Source of the DNA: Phoronis australis
Lineage: Eukaryota > Animalia > Phoronida
Reading direction: 5' to 3'
DNA length: 64,000 nucleotides
Assembly (NCBI GenBank): GCA_002633005.1
Contig: NMRA01000393.1
Location: 131,828-195,827 of the forward strand
This document shows, in pieces, positions 61,984 to 64,000 of this stretch. The first letter of the stretch is position 1. Every line of letters starts with the position of its first letter. Made by a program: the position numbers and the translations under genes. A model generated the notes under the pieces. The model made no database searches, was not told the DNA's origin, and was given only the letters and a program-made list of their open reading frames with translations.

Positions 61984-63219
61984 CAGGGTTTCCCCTGCGT
62001 GTAAACTTCTGGGCGGCCTGCCAGGCTCCTTTTTGGCCCCGCCACTCGTCAATCATACTCAAATTGACCGCCACACATCTAATCGTGACGGGGAAACTAC
62101 ACCGCCACGCAAAAATTGCTTGTAAAAATGATTGCTAGTAAAATGATCTCAAGTAAAATAATCGCTAGTAAAAAGAATCTCAAGTAAAAATGATCACTAG
62201 TAAAAGTGATCGCTAGTAATAATGAATAAGCTCAAGTCACGAGGCACCTTTCGCCATTTGTGTATCGAAGGGGAAAAATAATAATTTTACAATGGGCTCT
62301 TGAATTGTGCCCTCGTTAAACACAATCATTCAATACACTTTCGTACCTCGTCTCTGCCTGATTATCCGACAATGCACATAAACTTAATACAGCAGGGGAC
62401 CAGGCAACGACCTCGATCTGAATTTTCTAACATGGTGAAGCGCCAGGGCTCGCTAATGAAGTAAGAAACAGTAAGCTTCCTACTTCGTTCATTTTACCGT
62501 GTCCGAGTTTACTAAAGGTATTGTGAATTATACTGCAGGGCGTGGCATTCAACTGTTTAATCAAATGTAGTCCTGTGCCAAAATGACGATATTGAATGGA
62601 AACCAGTCTCAAATTCGTCTGCATGGACAGGATTATACACCGTCTGCTATGCCGGCCAACGCCAATCCACTATAACTGATTTATGTTTCGCAAGACGATA
62701 TCAACGGAAGTTTCGTTATACGAATAAGTTTGTTACGTCTAAAAAGTTCGTCATGTCATGGATAATTGAATTTTAACTCTGTTTTTTTTTTTTGTACTCA
62801 AGTGCTTCTACAACTGTGTCTCAACAGAGATCACACTATGCCTGACACTTCATTGCCAATTTGTCTTGCGAAGTATCCTTTACCCAGGTACATGATGCTC
62901 GGGTGAAAGTCTTGTCTATGATCAGTAAACTTGTAAAATGCTTTAAACTGCACCCAATTACATCTAGTTTTTCAAATTTTGCCTGGGGAAGGTCTCCCAA
63001 CCACACCCCCGCCCCTCCCCCCGATGGGAGGATCTCACTTCATCCCATGCTTGCATGTGGCACCAGGTTCTGCATCCACGTCGAGCATTCACCACCACGC
63101 TCCTTTTGAAACCCAGGCAATAGGGGTATCCCACTTCTCATATTTGCATGCGACAACGGGCTTTGCACCCCGTTTTGGCCATTCACCACCACGCTCCTTT
63201 CAAAACTCGGGAAACCCTG
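61984..63219. mobile_element. hAT-like non-autonomous element, TIR CAGGGTTTCCC, 5-bp TSD AGGTG
   Basis: TSD at 61979-61983 and 63220-63224; internal short tandem repeats at ~62120-62220. Confidence 0.8.
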
Positions 63220-63587
63220 AGGTGAATGTCTCACATGTTGGACTTTAAGGATAAATTCCAGTATGATGAGCTAAGTACTCAGCTGTCTGAGGACATGATG
63301 AACTAAGTGCTTACCATATTGATAACTAATTTCATATTCACTTCCAAAACTCAGTCAAAATACCTCAAAATTTTTTGCTTGTTGAAAATTTCTGAGGTAT
63401 TTTCATTGAATTTTGTTTGGAAGTGAAGATAAAATTAGTTTTCAGTCAGCACATTGCTGATGAAAATTATTTGGCAAATGCACAGCTGATTACTTTGGGT
63501 AGGAAGTTAAAATTAATTCTTGCATGATCTGAGAAAATAAATCCCCCACTTGCTCAAGCGTGTGTACTACAATTACCCTACAAACAT

Positions 63588-64000
63588 ACCGTAATCGTTC
63601 GGGTTAACGCCCATGCTCAGTTAACCGCCCACCCCCTACTTTAGGTGAATTTCGATTTAACCGCCCACTGCTCGGTTAACCGCCCCCCTGCTATTTTTGA
63701 AGATTTCCAATTAACCGCCCACTGCTCGGTTAACCGCCCATCCCCTACTTTTGACGATTGGTGATTACCGCCCTGTGCTAATAGGAAACGCGAATCCCCG
63801 ACCTTTTAGATTAAGATCGATGATAACATTGAGTGCAACGACGGCCTCAGAGACCGCGGTTTAGCAATGTGAATTATGATACCAGTAACAAATTATTGTA
63901 ACGGGTCATCGATTAACTTCAAAATGTAATACTTGAACACTTTGTCACTTTCTTTTCTTCTCATGTTCGCAAACTTTAGGAACCGCGCTGGCGTCTACAC
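63588..64000. mobile_element. Left end of a Tc1/mariner-pogo-like element with TTAACCGCCC subterminal repeats
   Basis: TA-CCGTAATC start; about six TTAACCGCCC units within 63600-63775; right end not in the window. Confidence 0.55.

Overview
Eukaryotic, intron-rich, repeat-rich animal DNA, most likely a marine invertebrate (inference), from a draft assembly with N gaps. Most ORFs in the supplied track are spurious. Three spliced genes can be built by hand from GT-AG junctions with consistent phases. (1) A 5'-incomplete relaxin-receptor-like LGR (RXFP/LGR3/LGR4 type: linker, LRRNT, 9 LRRs, hinge, 7TM) on + at 4244-26574. (2) A three-exon, probably secreted PAN/Apple + jacalin-like lectin on + at 29527-38110. 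(3) A divergent calcyphosine-like EF-hand gene on - at 43294-52929, with a candidate RFX X-box upstream. The rest is mobile DNA: a decayed CR1/L2-group LINE with a 2A (DxExNPGP) motif, a TTAA-flanked Kolobok-type element with a THAP remnant, two Penelope-like fragments (one with inverted hammerhead-like cores), hAT-like MITEs with 5-bp TSDs, a MITE with a 10-bp TSD, SINE fragments and minisatellites. Three local duplications next to Ns look like uncollapsed haplotypes, each with a TE on one copy only. Two of those TEs share a CATG-terminated TIR, and one carries a Tudor-like ORF. The best novelty candidates are this element family and the PAN-jacalin protein. No clearly new multi-gene system can be proven from the sequence alone.
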